Of a DNA stretch of 64,000 bases, positions 8,195 through 18,721 are shown piece after piece (the stretch's first letter is position 1; each line of letters opens with the position of its first letter). The translations under genes were made by a program, and so were the position numbers. The notes beneath the pieces are model-generated. The model saw only the letters and a list, made by a program, of their open reading frames with translations, was not told the DNA's origin and made no database searches. Origin of the DNA: Vicinamibacteria bacterium (GTDB lineage: Bacteria; Acidobacteriota; Vicinamibacteria; Marinacidobacterales; Marinacidobacteraceae); contig OY821641.1 of the NCBI GenBank assembly GCA_963555995.3, positions 1,984,001-2,048,000 on the forward strand, given 5' to 3'.

Positions 8195-11100
8195 ATGCGT
8201 TCTGCTCCCCTGTCCGTTCTCACCCTGCTCCTTGCAGCGTCAACCCTCGCCGCCGAGGGGCGTTTCGATGCTCTCCGTTGGCGGCACATCGGTCCCGTCG
8301 GGAACCGGGTGTCCGCCGTGTACGGCATCCCCGGCGATCCCAACACCTACTACTTCGGCGCGGCGTCCGGCGGCGTCTTCAAGACGACCGACGGCGGAGT
8401 CCACTGGACGCCGGTCTTCGACGACCAGCCGGTGCTCTCGGTGGGGGCCATCGCGGTCTCGACCGCGGACCCGAACGTGGTCTGGGTCGGGACCGGGGAG
8501 GCCCACATCCGCAGCAACGTCTCGCTCGGGAACGGCGTGTACCGCTCCACCGACGCCGGCGCGACCTGGACCCACACCGGGCTGGAGCCGAGCGGCCGCA
8601 TCTCCCGGATCGTCACCCACCCCGCCGATCCCGACACCGCCTGGGTGGCGGCCCTCGGCCACCTCTACGCCCCGCAGGAAGAACGCGGGATCTTCCGGAC
8701 GACGGACGGCGGCGGGACCTGGGAACGGGTGCTCTTCGTGGACGAGAACACCGGCGCCTCGGAGATCGTCATCAGCCCCGCGAACCCGGCACTGCTGTTC
8801 GCCGGCATGTGGCAGATGCGGATGTGGACCTGGGGCCGGGAGAGCGGCGGGCCGGGCAGCGGCATCTTCCGCAGCCGGGACGGCGGGGACACCTGGGAGC
8901 GGCTCGAAGGGAACGGGCTGCCAGCCCGTCCCTGGGGCAAGGTCGCGCTGTCCCTGACCGCGGCCGACCCGCGCCGCATCTACGCCCTGATCGAGACCAG
9001 CTCCAACGAGGCGTTCGCGCCGCTCGACGAGCAGGACGGCGTCCTCTGGCGGTCGGACGACGGCGGGGACACCTGGGAGCTGGCGAGCCGGGACCACACC
9101 CTGATGCAGCGGCCGCACTACTACACCCGGGTGGTGGCGGCACCCGACGACGCCGACGAGGCGCACTTCCTCGCCACCCGCCACACGACCACCACCGACG
9201 GCGGGCTGACCACGTTCCTGAACAACTCGGGCGGCGACCACCACGACATGTGGATCGCGCCGGACCGGCCCGACCGGATGATCGTCGGCCACGACGGCGG
9301 GGTGAGCATCTCCACGAACCGGGGCGAGACCTGGCAACGCCCCCGCCTGCCGATCGCCCAGATGTACCACGTCTATACGGACAACCGGATCCCCTACCGG
9401 GTCATGGGGAACCGGCAGGACGGCCCCTCCTCGCGCGGTCCTTCCAACAGCCTCACCGGGGGCGGCATCCCGATCGGCGCCTGGGCGCCGGTGGGCGGGT
9501 GCGAGTCAGGATTCGCGATCCCCGATCCGAACGATCCGGGGGTCATCTGGTCGGGCTGCTACGAGGGAATCCTCGAACGCTACGAGGACCGCACCGGTCA
9601 GGCGCGCAACGTGAGCGTCTGGCCCGACAACCCCGAGGGGTGGGCGGCCGGCGAGCTGCGCGACCGCTTCCAGTGGACCTTCCCCATCCACATCTCTCCC
9701 CATGACTCGGACCGCGTGTACGCCGGCAGCCAGCGGGTCCACGTCACCACCGACGGCGGCCAGAGCTGGCAGACGATCAGTCCCGACCTGACGACGGACG
9801 ACCCGGACCTCCAGCTCAAGACCGGCGGGCTCACCTACGACGACGTGAGCCCCACCTACGCGGCGGTGCTGTTCTCCCTCGCGGAGTCGCCCCATACCGC
9901 CGGGGTGCTCTGGGCGGGAAGCAACGACGGGAAGATCCACGTCTCCCGGAACGCCGGGGACTCCTGGGACGACGTCTCGGCGAACCTGCCCGGCCTCCCG
10001 CCGCTCGGCACCTACTCCAACATCGAGCCCTCGCGACACGCCGCCGGGGCGGCCTACGTGACGGTGGACCTCCACCAGATCGGGGATACGAACACCTACG
10101 CCTACAAGACCGAGGACTTCGGCGCGAGCTGGCGGCGGCTCGGCGAGGACCTCCCGCAGCACACCCACACCTACGCCCACACCCTCCGCGAGGACCCGGT
10201 GCGTCCGGGCCTGCTGTTCCTGGGAACGGAGAACGCGGTGTACGTGTCCTTCGACGACGGCGCGAGCTTCGAGTCCCTGCAGTCGAACCTGCCGCACGCT
10301 CCGGTCCACTGGCTCACCATTCAGGAGCGCTTCTCCGATCTGGTGGCGGCGACCTACGGGCGCGGGTTCTGGATCCTCGACGACATCACGCCCATCCGGC
10401 AGTGGACGGCGGCGGCCGAAGAGGCGCCGGCTCATCTGTTCGCGCCGCGGGAGGCATGGCGTTTCCGGATGCGCCCGACCCCCATGAGCCAGCCCGAGGA
10501 CCCGGGCGCCGGCGAGAATCCGCCCTACGGGGCGACGATCCACTACCGGCTGGCCGAGGACGTTGCCGACGGGGTGTCGGTCGAGATCGTGGACGCCGCG
10601 GGAGAGACGGTCCGCACGCTCAACGGCGACGGCGGGGCCGGACTGCACCGGGTGGTCTGGAACCTCCGGAACGAACCGACCCGCCGCCCGCGGCTCCGCA
10701 CGCCGCCGCTCGACAGTCCCCATCACGTCCTCCCGGCGCGCGGGTTCCGGCTGCTGACCGAGTCCCGGCCGGTCGCCACCCTGCTCGCCCCGGGCGACTA
10801 CACGGTGCGGCTGAAGGTCGGCGAGGAGTCGCTGGAGCAGCCGCTGACCGTCCACGCGGACCCGGAAGCCCCCCACGCGGGGGCCGAGATCCCCGGGCAG
10901 GTGGAGGCGCTGCTGCGGATCCAGGAGATGGTCCGCGAGGTCGGCGCCATGATCGAGGAGATCGAGTGGCTGCGGAAGCAGACGGCGGACCGGCGCGCCC
11001 TGGGCGGCGCGCTCGCCGCGACCGTGGATGTCGCCGCCGGCGAATACGACAGCGCCCTCATGGAGCTCGAAGCGCGCTTTTTCGAGTTGCGGCTGACGGG

Positions 11101-11362
11101 CGGGAACGCCGGTCAGGACACCCTCCGCTGGCCCCGGCGGCTCCACGCCAAGCTGAGCAGCCTCCACGGCTACATCGGCGGAAGCGACCACCGGCCGACG
11201 GATCAGCACCTCGAGGTGCTGGCCCTCTACGAACGGGAACTCGCGGAGACCCGGGAGATGCTCGGCCAACTCACGGGAGACGAACTCGACGCCTTCAACG
11301 AGCAGCTCTCCGGGGCGGGCCTGCCGCCGGTGGTGCCGACGGGGAGCGGAGAGGAGCGGTAG
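8195..11362 (+). CDS. Secreted VPS10/BNR-repeat (glycosyl hydrolase-like) beta-propeller protein
   Basis: Signal peptide, WRHIGP, many S/T-x-D-G-G-x-T-W Asp-boxes, ATYGRGFWILDD. Confidence 0.88.
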   Translation: MRSAPLSVLTLLLAASTLAAEGRFDALRWRHIGPVGNRVSAVYGIPGDPNTYYFGAASGGVFKTTDGGVHWTPVFDDQPVLSVGAIAVSTADPNVVWVGTGEAHIRSNVSLGNGVYRSTDAGATWTHTGLEPSGRISRIVTHPADPDTAWVAALGHLYAPQEERGIFRTTDGGGTWERVLFVDENTGASEIVISPANPALLFAGMWQMRMWTWGRESGGPGSGIFRSRDGGDTWERLEGNGLPARPWGKVALSLTAADPRRIYALIETSSNEAFAPLDEQDGVLWRSDDGGDTWELASRDHTLMQRPHYYTRVVAAPDDADEAHFLATRHTTTTDGGLTTFLNNSGGDHHDMWIAPDRPDRMIVGHDGGVSISTNRGETWQRPRLPIAQMYHVYTDNRIPYRVMGNRQDGPSSRGPSNSLTGGGIPIGAWAPVGGCESGFAIPDPNDPGVIWSGCYEGILERYEDRTGQARNVSVWPDNPEGWAAGELRDRFQWTFPIHISPHDSDRVYAGSQRVHVTTDGGQSWQTISPDLTTDDPDLQLKTGGLTYDDVSPTYAAVLFSLAESPHTAGVLWAGSNDGKIHVSRNAGDSWDDVSANLPGLPPLGTYSNIEPSRHAAGAAYVTVDLHQIGDTNTYAYKTEDFGASWRRLGEDLPQHTHTYAHTLREDPVRPGLLFLGTENAVYVSFDDGASFESLQSNLPHAPVHWLTIQERFSDLVAATYGRGFWILDDITPIRQWTAAAEEAPAHLFAPREAWRFRMRPTPMSQPEDPGAGENPPYGATIHYRLAEDVADGVSVEIVDAAGETVRTLNGDGGAGLHRVVWNLRNEPTRRPRLRTPPLDSPHHVLPARGFRLLTESRPVATLLAPGDYTVRLKVGEESLEQPLTVHADPEAPHAGAEIPGQVEALLRIQEMVREVGAMIEEIEWLRKQTADRRALGGALAATVDVAAGEYDSALMELEARFFELRLTGGNAGQDTLRWPRRLHAKLSSLHGYIGGSDHRPTDQHLEVLALYERELAETREMLGQLTGDELDAFNEQLSGAGLPPVVPTGSGEER

Positions 11363-11443
11363 GGGAAGTCCACGCCCATGAGGCGTACAGCGGTGCGCCG
11401 CCGCCCGCCTCCGGCGGGCTGTGCCGGCTGAAGCCGGCGTTCC

Positions 11444-13336
11444 CTAACCTGCCAGCTTTTCTTCGAGGAGGCCGCGGGCTATGAGGGTGAAGTCGTGCTC
11501 CGTGACGATGCCGACCAGGCGGCCGTCTTCGACCACCGGCAGCGAGCCGATGCCCTTCTCGTTCATCAGCCGGATCGCGTCCACCGACGGCATGGACGGG
11601 GGGATGCTGATCGGGTCCGGCTTCATCACCTCGCGCACCGGGAGGAACTCGTCCTCGTCGAGGCCGCTCTCGGCGACCAGCTTGATGATCGTCCGGTAGG
11701 AGACGATGCCCACCAGCTTCTCGTCCTCCTCGACCGGAACGTGCCGGACCCGCCCCCAATCCATGAGGATCGCCGCCCGGCGGACCGACTCGTCCGGTTG
11801 GACGGTGAGGATGTCGCGGGTCATGAACTGCTCGACGTGCAGGTAGTGGTGCTTCCAGCCGCCGGAATCGCTCAGCACCGGCAGCTCCCAGCGCGCCACC
11901 GGAACCCCGGCGCCCTGCTGCCGCCGGGCGGCGCCGGTGATCGCGCTCAGCCGCTCCGAGAGCGACGCCTGGGTGCGGAGCGACTCGTAGCCGTCAAGCA
12001 TCCAGCGCGCCCCCGAACGGCCGGTGCGCACCCTCTCCTCGACGATGCCGATGTAGTGGTCCACGTCGCGGGAATGGACTTCCTTGCGGGCGAGCCCCTC
12101 CCGCGCCCGCGGCAGCAGTTCCTGGGTCAGCAGGTCCCGCACGCGCCATTGCTTGCCGTCGAGCCAAGTCAGTTCCGCCTTGAGCCCGAGCCGGCTGGCG
12201 GCCAGGAAGTTCTCCTTGACGTCGGCGAACGGCAGGATCTTCGCCGGCGCCACCCCCTCGCCCGAATAGGCGCTCATGAGACCCAGCCACAGCGCCATGT
12301 TGGCGACCTCGTCCGGAATCGTCGGCCCCGAAGGCAGGTAGCGGCTCTCGATCCGCAGGTGCGGCTTCCCGTCGGTGATGCCGTAGCAGGGGCGGTTCCA
12401 GCGCCACACCGTCCCGTTGTGGAGCTGGAGGGCCGAGAGCCGGGGCGGGTCCTCGTCCGCCTCGTCGTCGCCGCCGGCGTCCAGCAGCACCGAGTGGTGG
12501 GTGATGTTCTCGCGCAGGATCTCGAGTACCCCGCCCCGCACCCAGTCGTTGCCGAACGCGCCGCGCGCCGCCCGCTGGCGTTCGGTGGCGCGGGCGCCGC
12601 GGGTGTCGAGGCTCTGCTGGAAGAGCCCGATCCGGGTCTCCCGCCAGAGCCGGCGGCCGAACAGCAGGGGTGAGTTCGGCGAACAGGCGAGGATCGGCGC
12701 GGTCACGAGCTGCGCGAGGTTGTAGAGCCGCGAGAACTCCGCCGCCCCCACCTGCAGGTGGATCTGGAAGCTCGCGTTGCAGCCTTCCGGCATCACGTTG
12801 TCGTGGGTGCTGTGGATCTCGTCGGCGCCCGCCATGTGAAGGTGGTAGGGCTCCCCTCCCCGGAGCCGCTTCAGGGCCTCGTCCAGCACCCGGTAGCGCG
12901 CCAGCGGCGTCATGTTGTCGAGGGTCATGTCCGACAGCCGCAGGGTGGGCAGGATGCCGGTCAGGCACACGTCCACCCCGACCCGCCGCGCCGCCTCGGC
13001 GGCGGCGCTCATCACCTCTTCCAGCCGCTTCTCCGTCCGGGACAGGAGGTCGCCGGACATCAGCATCGGCTCCAGGTTGGCCTCCAGGTTGAACCGGGCG
13101 ATCTCGGTGGTGAAGGAGGGATCGTCCAGTTCCTTCAGCACCTCCATCGCCCTCGGCGCGGGCCGGTTCCCGTCGCCGATGAGGAACATCTCCTGCTCGA
13201 CCCCGACCCGATGGACGTCCTCCTCGATCCTCCCCTCGGTGATCAGCGCCTCCAGCTTCCGCAGGTCGCCGAACAGCCGTTTCTCGAACCGGCGGAGTTC
13301 CTCGCCGGAGACCGCGCGCGCGTCAAGCCGACCCAT
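11444..13336 (-). CDS. Glutamate-cysteine ligase family protein with C-terminal CBS pair
   Basis: GVEQE, FTTEIARFNLE, FQIHLQV, HNGTVWRWNRPCY and HLRIESR motifs, plus tandem CBS domains. Confidence 0.88.
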   Translation of the reverse strand: MGRLDARAVSGEELRRFEKRLFGDLRKLEALITEGRIEEDVHRVGVEQEMFLIGDGNRPAPRAMEVLKELDDPSFTTEIARFNLEANLEPMLMSGDLLSRTEKRLEEVMSAAAEAARRVGVDVCLTGILPTLRLSDMTLDNMTPLARYRVLDEALKRLRGGEPYHLHMAGADEIHSTHDNVMPEGCNASFQIHLQVGAAEFSRLYNLAQLVTAPILACSPNSPLLFGRRLWRETRIGLFQQSLDTRGARATERQRAARGAFGNDWVRGGVLEILRENITHHSVLLDAGGDDEADEDPPRLSALQLHNGTVWRWNRPCYGITDGKPHLRIESRYLPSGPTIPDEVANMALWLGLMSAYSGEGVAPAKILPFADVKENFLAASRLGLKAELTWLDGKQWRVRDLLTQELLPRAREGLARKEVHSRDVDHYIGIVEERVRTGRSGARWMLDGYESLRTQASLSERLSAITGAARRQQGAGVPVARWELPVLSDSGGWKHHYLHVEQFMTRDILTVQPDESVRRAAILMDWGRVRHVPVEEDEKLVGIVSYRTIIKLVAESGLDEDEFLPVREVMKPDPISIPPSMPSVDAIRLMNEKGIGSLPVVEDGRLVGIVTEHDFTLIARGLLEEKLAG

Positions 13337-13380
13337 GACGGCGAGGATTGTAGAAGCGCGGTAACGAGCGGCGCGGCCGG

Positions 13381-14064
13381 CTACGCCGGGTCCGGGACGA
13401 TGCGGCCGTCGAAGAGCTGGATGGTGCGTTGGGCGCGGTCGGCGTAGCGCGGGTCGTGGGTGACCATGCAGATGGTCGCCCCTCCCTCGTGGAGCGAGTC
13501 CAGCAGGTCCATCACCTCGGTGCCGTTCTTCGAATCGAGGTTCCCCGTCGGTTCGTCGGCGAGCAGGATCGAGGGCTCGCCGACGACCGCCCGGGCCACC
13601 GCCACCCGCTGCTGCTGCCCTCCCGAGAGCTGGGAGGGGAAGTGCTTCCGGCGGTGCGACATCCCGACGCGCTCCAGGGCCTCCAGGGTCCGCCGTTTCC
13701 GCTCGGCGCCCGGGGTGCCCCGGTACACGAGCGGCAGCTCCACGTTCTCGTAAACCGTCAGGTCGCCGATCAGGTTGAACGCCTGGAAGATGAAACCGAC
13801 CTCCCGGTTCCGGATCCGGGCGCGCTCGGTCAGGCCCAGGTTCGCCACCGAATGCCCGCCGAGCAGGTACTGGCCCGCGTTCGGCGTGTCCAGCAGGCCG
13901 AGGATCGAGAGCAACGTAGACTTGCCGCACCCGGACGGGCCCGCAATGGCCACGTAGTCGCCGGCGTCGAAACGGAGACTCACTTCCGAGAGGGCGTGCG
14001 TTTCGACTTCGTCGGTATAGAAGATCTTGCTGATGCCGCTCAACTGGATGACGGGGTCGGACAC
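13381..14064 (-). CDS. ABC transporter ATP-binding protein (MacB/LolD-type)
   Basis: GPSGCGKS, LSGGQQQR, LLADEPTGNLD, VTHD. Confidence 0.95.
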   Translation of the reverse strand: MSDPVIQLSGISKIFYTDEVETHALSEVSLRFDAGDYVAIAGPSGCGKSTLLSILGLLDTPNAGQYLLGGHSVANLGLTERARIRNREVGFIFQAFNLIGDLTVYENVELPLVYRGTPGAERKRRTLEALERVGMSHRRKHFPSQLSGGQQQRVAVARAVVGEPSILLADEPTGNLDSKNGTEVMDLLDSLHEGGATICMVTHDPRYADRAQRTIQLFDGRIVPDPA

Positions 14065-14140
14065 GGGTTCTCCTTTCGATGGGTTGGCTGCGTTGTTCCT
14101 TGTCTCGCCGGGTTCCCGATGGCGCGGTCGAACCCGGCCA

Positions 14141-15394
14141 TCATCGCAGACGGATCCGGTCGTGCCCTTCCCAGGCCGACGGGTCGGAGAGGATCACGGT
14201 GTCGCCCTCGGCAAGGCCCTCGCGGATCTCCACGGTGTTGACCGACGCCTTGCCGAGCCGCACCCGCACCCGGACCGCCTCGCCGCCTCCACCGCTCAGC
14301 CGGAAGAGGTCCACCTCGTCTCCCTCCTGGCCGAAGGCCGGACGGCCGACGTGCAGCACGTCGTCGAGACGCTCGATCTCCACCAGGCCGTCCACCGACA
14401 GCTCGCTGCGGGCGCCGCGCGGGAGATCCCCGGTGAACGCGACGTCCACCGTCACCGCGCCGTCGCGAACCGCCGGCTCCACGCGGACGACCCGTCCCGG
14501 CACGATGCCGTTCCGGGTGTCCACGCGGGCCGGCTGGCCGACCTCGATGTCCTTCGCCTGGACCTCCGCGATCCGCAGCTCCGCCTTCAGGCGGGCCGGT
14601 TCGGCGACCCGGGCGAGGTTGTCGCCCTCCGCCACCTGCTGACCGGCCTCGGCGGACACCTCCTGGAGGACGCCCGCGATTCCCGCGCGCACCTCGAGCC
14701 GGGAGACGAGTTCGCGCTTCAGCTCGAAGACGGCCCGCAGCCGCGCCACGCGGGCCTCTTCCGCCGCGAGTTCCGCCGCCGCCACCGCTTCGGCGAGCTC
14801 CAGCCGTTCCGCTTCGTGCCCGGCGCGCGCCTCCAGTTCGCCGGCGGCGCCCTCGCTGTCTTCCAGGGTGATCCTGCCGATGATCCCCTCGGCGTAGATC
14901 TGGGCGTCCGCCTCCGCATCGAGGGCCGCCTGGCGGGCCTCCGCCTCGACCGAGGCGAGCACCGACCGCTGGTTCAGCACCTGGCGGCGCAACTGGACGC
15001 GCCGGTCGTCGAGGTCGGCAACGGCCGCCGCCAGCTCCAGCTCCGCCGCCGTCAGCTCCTGGACGAGGCTCGGGTTCTCCAGCGTGAGGATCGCCGTGTC
15101 GGGCTCGACCCGGACCCCGGGGAGCGCGTGCACCGCGGCGACCCTCCCCGAACTGCCGGCCGCCACCCGCCGGACCTCTACCGGCACGAGCGTCCCCGGC
15201 CCCCGCACGCTCAGCAGCATCTCCCCCCGCCGCACGGTGTCCAGGAACACCGTGCCGCGGTCCACGCTCGGCGCGGCGGGCGACAGGCGGAGGGCGAAGA
15301 GGACGAGCGCCGCCAGCGCGCCGCCGCCGAGCGCCGCCAGCACGACGCGCCGGCGCCGGCGGCCTTCGGCGACTCCTTCGCGGGCGATGTCCAT
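14141..15394 (-). CDS. HlyD/RND-type periplasmic adaptor
   Basis: N-terminal TM anchor, alpha-hairpin, C-terminal VEIREGLAEGDTVI. Confidence 0.88.
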   Translation of the reverse strand: MDIAREGVAEGRRRRRVVLAALGGGALAALVLFALRLSPAAPSVDRGTVFLDTVRRGEMLLSVRGPGTLVPVEVRRVAAGSSGRVAAVHALPGVRVEPDTAILTLENPSLVQELTAAELELAAAVADLDDRRVQLRRQVLNQRSVLASVEAEARQAALDAEADAQIYAEGIIGRITLEDSEGAAGELEARAGHEAERLELAEAVAAAELAAEEARVARLRAVFELKRELVSRLEVRAGIAGVLQEVSAEAGQQVAEGDNLARVAEPARLKAELRIAEVQAKDIEVGQPARVDTRNGIVPGRVVRVEPAVRDGAVTVDVAFTGDLPRGARSELSVDGLVEIERLDDVLHVGRPAFGQEGDEVDLFRLSGGGGEAVRVRVRLGKASVNTVEIREGLAEGDTVILSDPSAWEGHDRIRLR

Positions 15395-15418
15395 CCCGTG
15401 TCTCTTCCCCCCCCGGAG

Positions 15419-17416
15419 TTAACGCTGCGGGCCCGAAGGGGTTCCTCCGGTCGGGCGAACGAGGGGCGCCCCGCCGAGCAGCGAGCGTCCCGGCAGCGCC
15501 GGGTCCGCCGGCATTCCCAGCAGATCCAGCGCGGTCGGCACCACGTCGAGGGCGCTGGCCCGCGGCCATTCCGACCCCGCGGGGATCCGCGGCCCCCACG
15601 CCGCCACCACCGCGAGCATGTCGCGGCGGGTCGGCGCGAAGCCGTGGTTCCCCGCCGGGCGGGCCGGCATCACGACGTCCTCCGCGGGCCGGGCCGAGGG
15701 CAGGAAGCCCGGCCGCAGCAGCGGGAAGAGGTCCCCCGTGGTGGCGCCGCCGGGCTGCACCCGGCCCCGGGTCACCGGCTCGAGGAACCCGGTCACGACG
15801 GGCTCGCCGTCCGCGCGGACCGCGAGCAGGGCGGAGCGGACCGCCGCGAGCACCGCGGCTTCCTGATCCGGGCGGACGGTCCCCAGGGGACGGGCCGCGC
15901 GGTTGATCGCCACGCTGCCGTCCGCCGTGGTCAGGAGCATCGCCCTCGTGCGGGAGAGGTCCACCGCGCCGCCCGCGCCGAAGGCGAGGAGCCCGGCCCG
16001 CTCCAGCGCCACGTTGAGGTGCAGGAGCCGATCGGTCCCGGACATCCCGTGGTCGCTCACCACCAGGAGATGGGCTCCCGAGGTTTCGGCCAGCGCGAAC
16101 AGGCGTCCCAGGACCCGGTCCACCTCGGCGAACGCTCCGGCGAGGACCGGCCGGAGCGATGCCGCCAACGGGGGGACGTGCGTGGGGAGCCGCTCGTCGA
16201 GCCGCCCGTAGAGCAGGTGGCCCAGTTCGTCGGCCATCGGCAGGTAGAGGGCGATGAGGCTCCAGTCCGGGAGCGATGCCGCCGCGTCCAGATGGGCGAG
16301 CGCGGCGTCGGCCACCGCGCCGGCGACCTCCAGCAGCCGCGACTCGGCGACCCCGTCGCCGCCTTCGGCCCGGGTCGGCCCGAGGCGGCCCGCCGCGTAC
16401 TCCGGAGCGCCGACGGTGCGCGGCCACTCGGGCGCGCCGAGCCGCTCGGTCCAGAACGCCTCCGGGTGCGCCCCCATCTCGCTCGCGCCGCCGCGGAACA
16501 CGAGGTAGCGCGCGGGCGACCCGGCGGCGGGGGCCGCCGCCGCGAACGCGCGCACCCGGAACTCGACCCGCCGGCCCTCCGCCTCGACGCTGATGGGACC
16601 GGAGAACCCGGCGTCGGCCCCGATCCCGACGCGCGCCAGCCAGAGGGGCGCCTCCGGCCCCGGATCGCGGTCACCGGGGTCTTCCAGCACGCCGAAGGTG
16701 TCCCAGCCGCTCTCCGGATTCAGGGGGTCGTCCACGAACACCCCGAGGAAGCCCGTCCCGCCGACCTCGAAACGGAAGACCCCGGGGTTTCCGCCCACCC
16801 GCGCCGAAGCGCGCCCCGCGGCGAGCGGCGCGGGAGGCTCCGCGAGCAGCGGATTCCGCACCTCGTCGAGGGTCGCGGGCGGCAGCCGCACATCCCCGTA
16901 GCCGGTGAGGATGTAGAGGTCTCCGCGCCGCTCGGGACCGAGCCGTCCCAACGCCGCCGCGAGCGGAACCGTGTGGGTCGTGTGGAGCGCGACGGCCCGC
17001 CGCCCGGCGCCGGCCACCCGCGTCCACAGCGGATCGGCCCGCAGCAGGGCCGCGGAGAAGCCGTCCCGCGTGTCCAGCAGGGTGTGCGCATCGGCCGGCA
17101 GCGCGAGGACCGCGTTGCCGGTGATCCCGGTCTCCCGTCCGGGAAGCCCCGTCCAGATCATCGCGAACGACGGCGCGGTCTTCGAGGGGAACGCCGTGAC
17201 CATCCCGTCCGAGAAGGCCCCCTCGTCGCGGAGCCGGGCGAAGTTGGGCAGTACGCCGTCCCGGAGGAACTCCTGCACCAGCTCGTAGCCGCCGCCGTCC
17301 ACCGCCAGCACCAGCAGGCGGGGTCCCGGTGGGGATGCCGCGAGGCCGACCTGGGCCGTGGAGACGGCGAAGACCACCGCCACGAGCAGGCGCGTCCGGC
17401 CGGGAAGGAACCTCAC
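15419..17416 (-). CDS. Alkaline phosphatase superfamily (nucleotide pyrophosphatase-type) protein
   Basis: LAVDG, FPSKTAP, DELGH, VVSDHG, GNHG; signal peptide after GTG 17416. Confidence 0.85.
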   Translation of the reverse strand: MRFLPGRTRLLVAVVFAVSTAQVGLAASPPGPRLLVLAVDGGGYELVQEFLRDGVLPNFARLRDEGAFSDGMVTAFPSKTAPSFAMIWTGLPGRETGITGNAVLALPADAHTLLDTRDGFSAALLRADPLWTRVAGAGRRAVALHTTHTVPLAAALGRLGPERRGDLYILTGYGDVRLPPATLDEVRNPLLAEPPAPLAAGRASARVGGNPGVFRFEVGGTGFLGVFVDDPLNPESGWDTFGVLEDPGDRDPGPEAPLWLARVGIGADAGFSGPISVEAEGRRVEFRVRAFAAAAPAAGSPARYLVFRGGASEMGAHPEAFWTERLGAPEWPRTVGAPEYAAGRLGPTRAEGGDGVAESRLLEVAGAVADAALAHLDAAASLPDWSLIALYLPMADELGHLLYGRLDERLPTHVPPLAASLRPVLAGAFAEVDRVLGRLFALAETSGAHLLVVSDHGMSGTDRLLHLNVALERAGLLAFGAGGAVDLSRTRAMLLTTADGSVAINRAARPLGTVRPDQEAAVLAAVRSALLAVRADGEPVVTGFLEPVTRGRVQPGGATTGDLFPLLRPGFLPSARPAEDVVMPARPAGNHGFAPTRRDMLAVVAAWGPRIPAGSEWPRASALDVVPTALDLLGMPADPALPGRSLLGGAPLVRPTGGTPSGPQR

Positions 17417-17437
17417 GGAGCGAACCCTAGTGCTAGG

Positions 17438-17845
17438 ATGAAATCCGTGCGCCAGGAAGTCTTCACTTCTTCCGCGAAGACCCGGGGAATCCGGGTGGAC
17501 GTGGAGGCGCGTTTCGCGGACCGGCGCCCCGAGCCCGATCCGGCCTGGCTGTTCCAGTACGACATCGCCATCACCAACGAATCCGAGGAAATGGTGCAGT
17601 TGCTGAGCCGGCACTGGGTCATCGAGCACGGCGAAGGCCGGATCGAAGAGGTGCGCGGACCCGGCGTGGTCGGCGCCCGGCCGTATCTGGTGCCCGGCGA
17701 GTCCTTCCACTACTCCTCCTGGTGCCCGCTGCGCGCCCCCTTCGGTTCGATGCGCGGCTCCTACCTGATGGAGATACCGGGCGGGCGGCGGTTCCAGGTC
17801 GAGATCGCGCAGTTCACGCTGAGCGAACCGGTCACCCTGCACTGA
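17438..17845 (+). CDS. apaG: ApaG (DUF525) protein
   Basis: VQLLSRHWVI, EEVRGPGVVG, Y.S.CPL..PFGSMRGSY. Confidence 0.93.
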   Translation: MKSVRQEVFTSSAKTRGIRVDVEARFADRRPEPDPAWLFQYDIAITNESEEMVQLLSRHWVIEHGEGRIEEVRGPGVVGARPYLVPGESFHYSSWCPLRAPFGSMRGSYLMEIPGGRRFQVEIAQFTLSEPVTLH

Positions 17846-17894
17846 GAACGCGACGGGCAAGAGCGATGCCGCGTCCCGAGTCGCCACGCTCGCC

Positions 17895-18710
17895 ATGAGC
17901 CGGGGCAGACGGCGGCGCCCGTCCATGGCCGACCGGGCGGACCGCTACCAGCTCTACCAGGAATCGGTCCAGGACGCTCCCGCCGACGCCGCCTTCCTCG
18001 ACGACGAGTTCCACCGCCGCCGGGCCCGCCGGGCGCGCTCGCTGCGCGAGGACTTCTGCGGCACCGCCGCCCTCTCCTGCGAGTTCGTCGCCCGCCATCC
18101 GGAGAGCCGGGCGATCGGGGTGGACCTCGACCCGGACCCGCTCGCGTGGGGGCGCGAGCACAACGTCGCAAGCCTGAGCCGGGCGGAACAGGGGCGGATC
18201 GAACTGGTCGAGAACGACGTCCTCGAGATGGGCGAGCCCCGGGTGGACCTGGTCGCGGCGATGAACTTCAGCTACTGGATCTTCGAGACCCGCGACCTGA
18301 TGCGCGAGTACTTCGAGCGCGTCCGCCGCGCCCTCAACCCCGACGGGCTCTTCTTCATGGACGCCTACGGCGGCTCCGACTGCCACGAGGAGAAGGAGTA
18401 CGCGCGCGAGGAAGAGGGGTTCGACTTCATCTGGGACCAGGTGGCGTTCGACCCCATCAGCGGACGGATGCGCTGCGCGATCCACTACGAGTTCCCGGAC
18501 GGCAGCCGGCTGCGGAACGCCTTCCGCTACCAGTGGCGCTTCTGGTCGCTCCCCGAGCTACGCGAACTGCTCGCCGAGGCCGGGTTCTCGCGGACGGTCG
18601 TGCTCTGGGAAGGCGCCGACGAGCACGGCGACGGCAACGGCGAGTTCGAGGAGGTCACCGAAGGCTCCGCCGACGAGACCTGGATCGCCTACCTCGTCAG
18701 CGAACCCTGA
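17895..18710 (+). CDS. Class I SAM-dependent methyltransferase
   Basis: LYQESVQ, LREDFCGTA, GVDLD, AMNFSY motifs. Confidence 0.85.
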   Translation: MSRGRRRRPSMADRADRYQLYQESVQDAPADAAFLDDEFHRRRARRARSLREDFCGTAALSCEFVARHPESRAIGVDLDPDPLAWGREHNVASLSRAEQGRIELVENDVLEMGEPRVDLVAAMNFSYWIFETRDLMREYFERVRRALNPDGLFFMDAYGGSDCHEEKEYAREEEGFDFIWDQVAFDPISGRMRCAIHYEFPDGSRLRNAFRYQWRFWSLPELRELLAEAGFSRTVVLWEGADEHGDGNGEFEEVTEGSADETWIAYLVSEP

Positions 18711-18721
18711 CGGCGGAGCGG

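Noticed and set aside
14027-17845. 1272-aa ApaG fusion, and extended N-termini on pruA (1846), CapA (36881) and TsaC (61607)
   Set aside because: The extensions are shadows of neighbouring genes; family motifs begin only at the downstream starts given.
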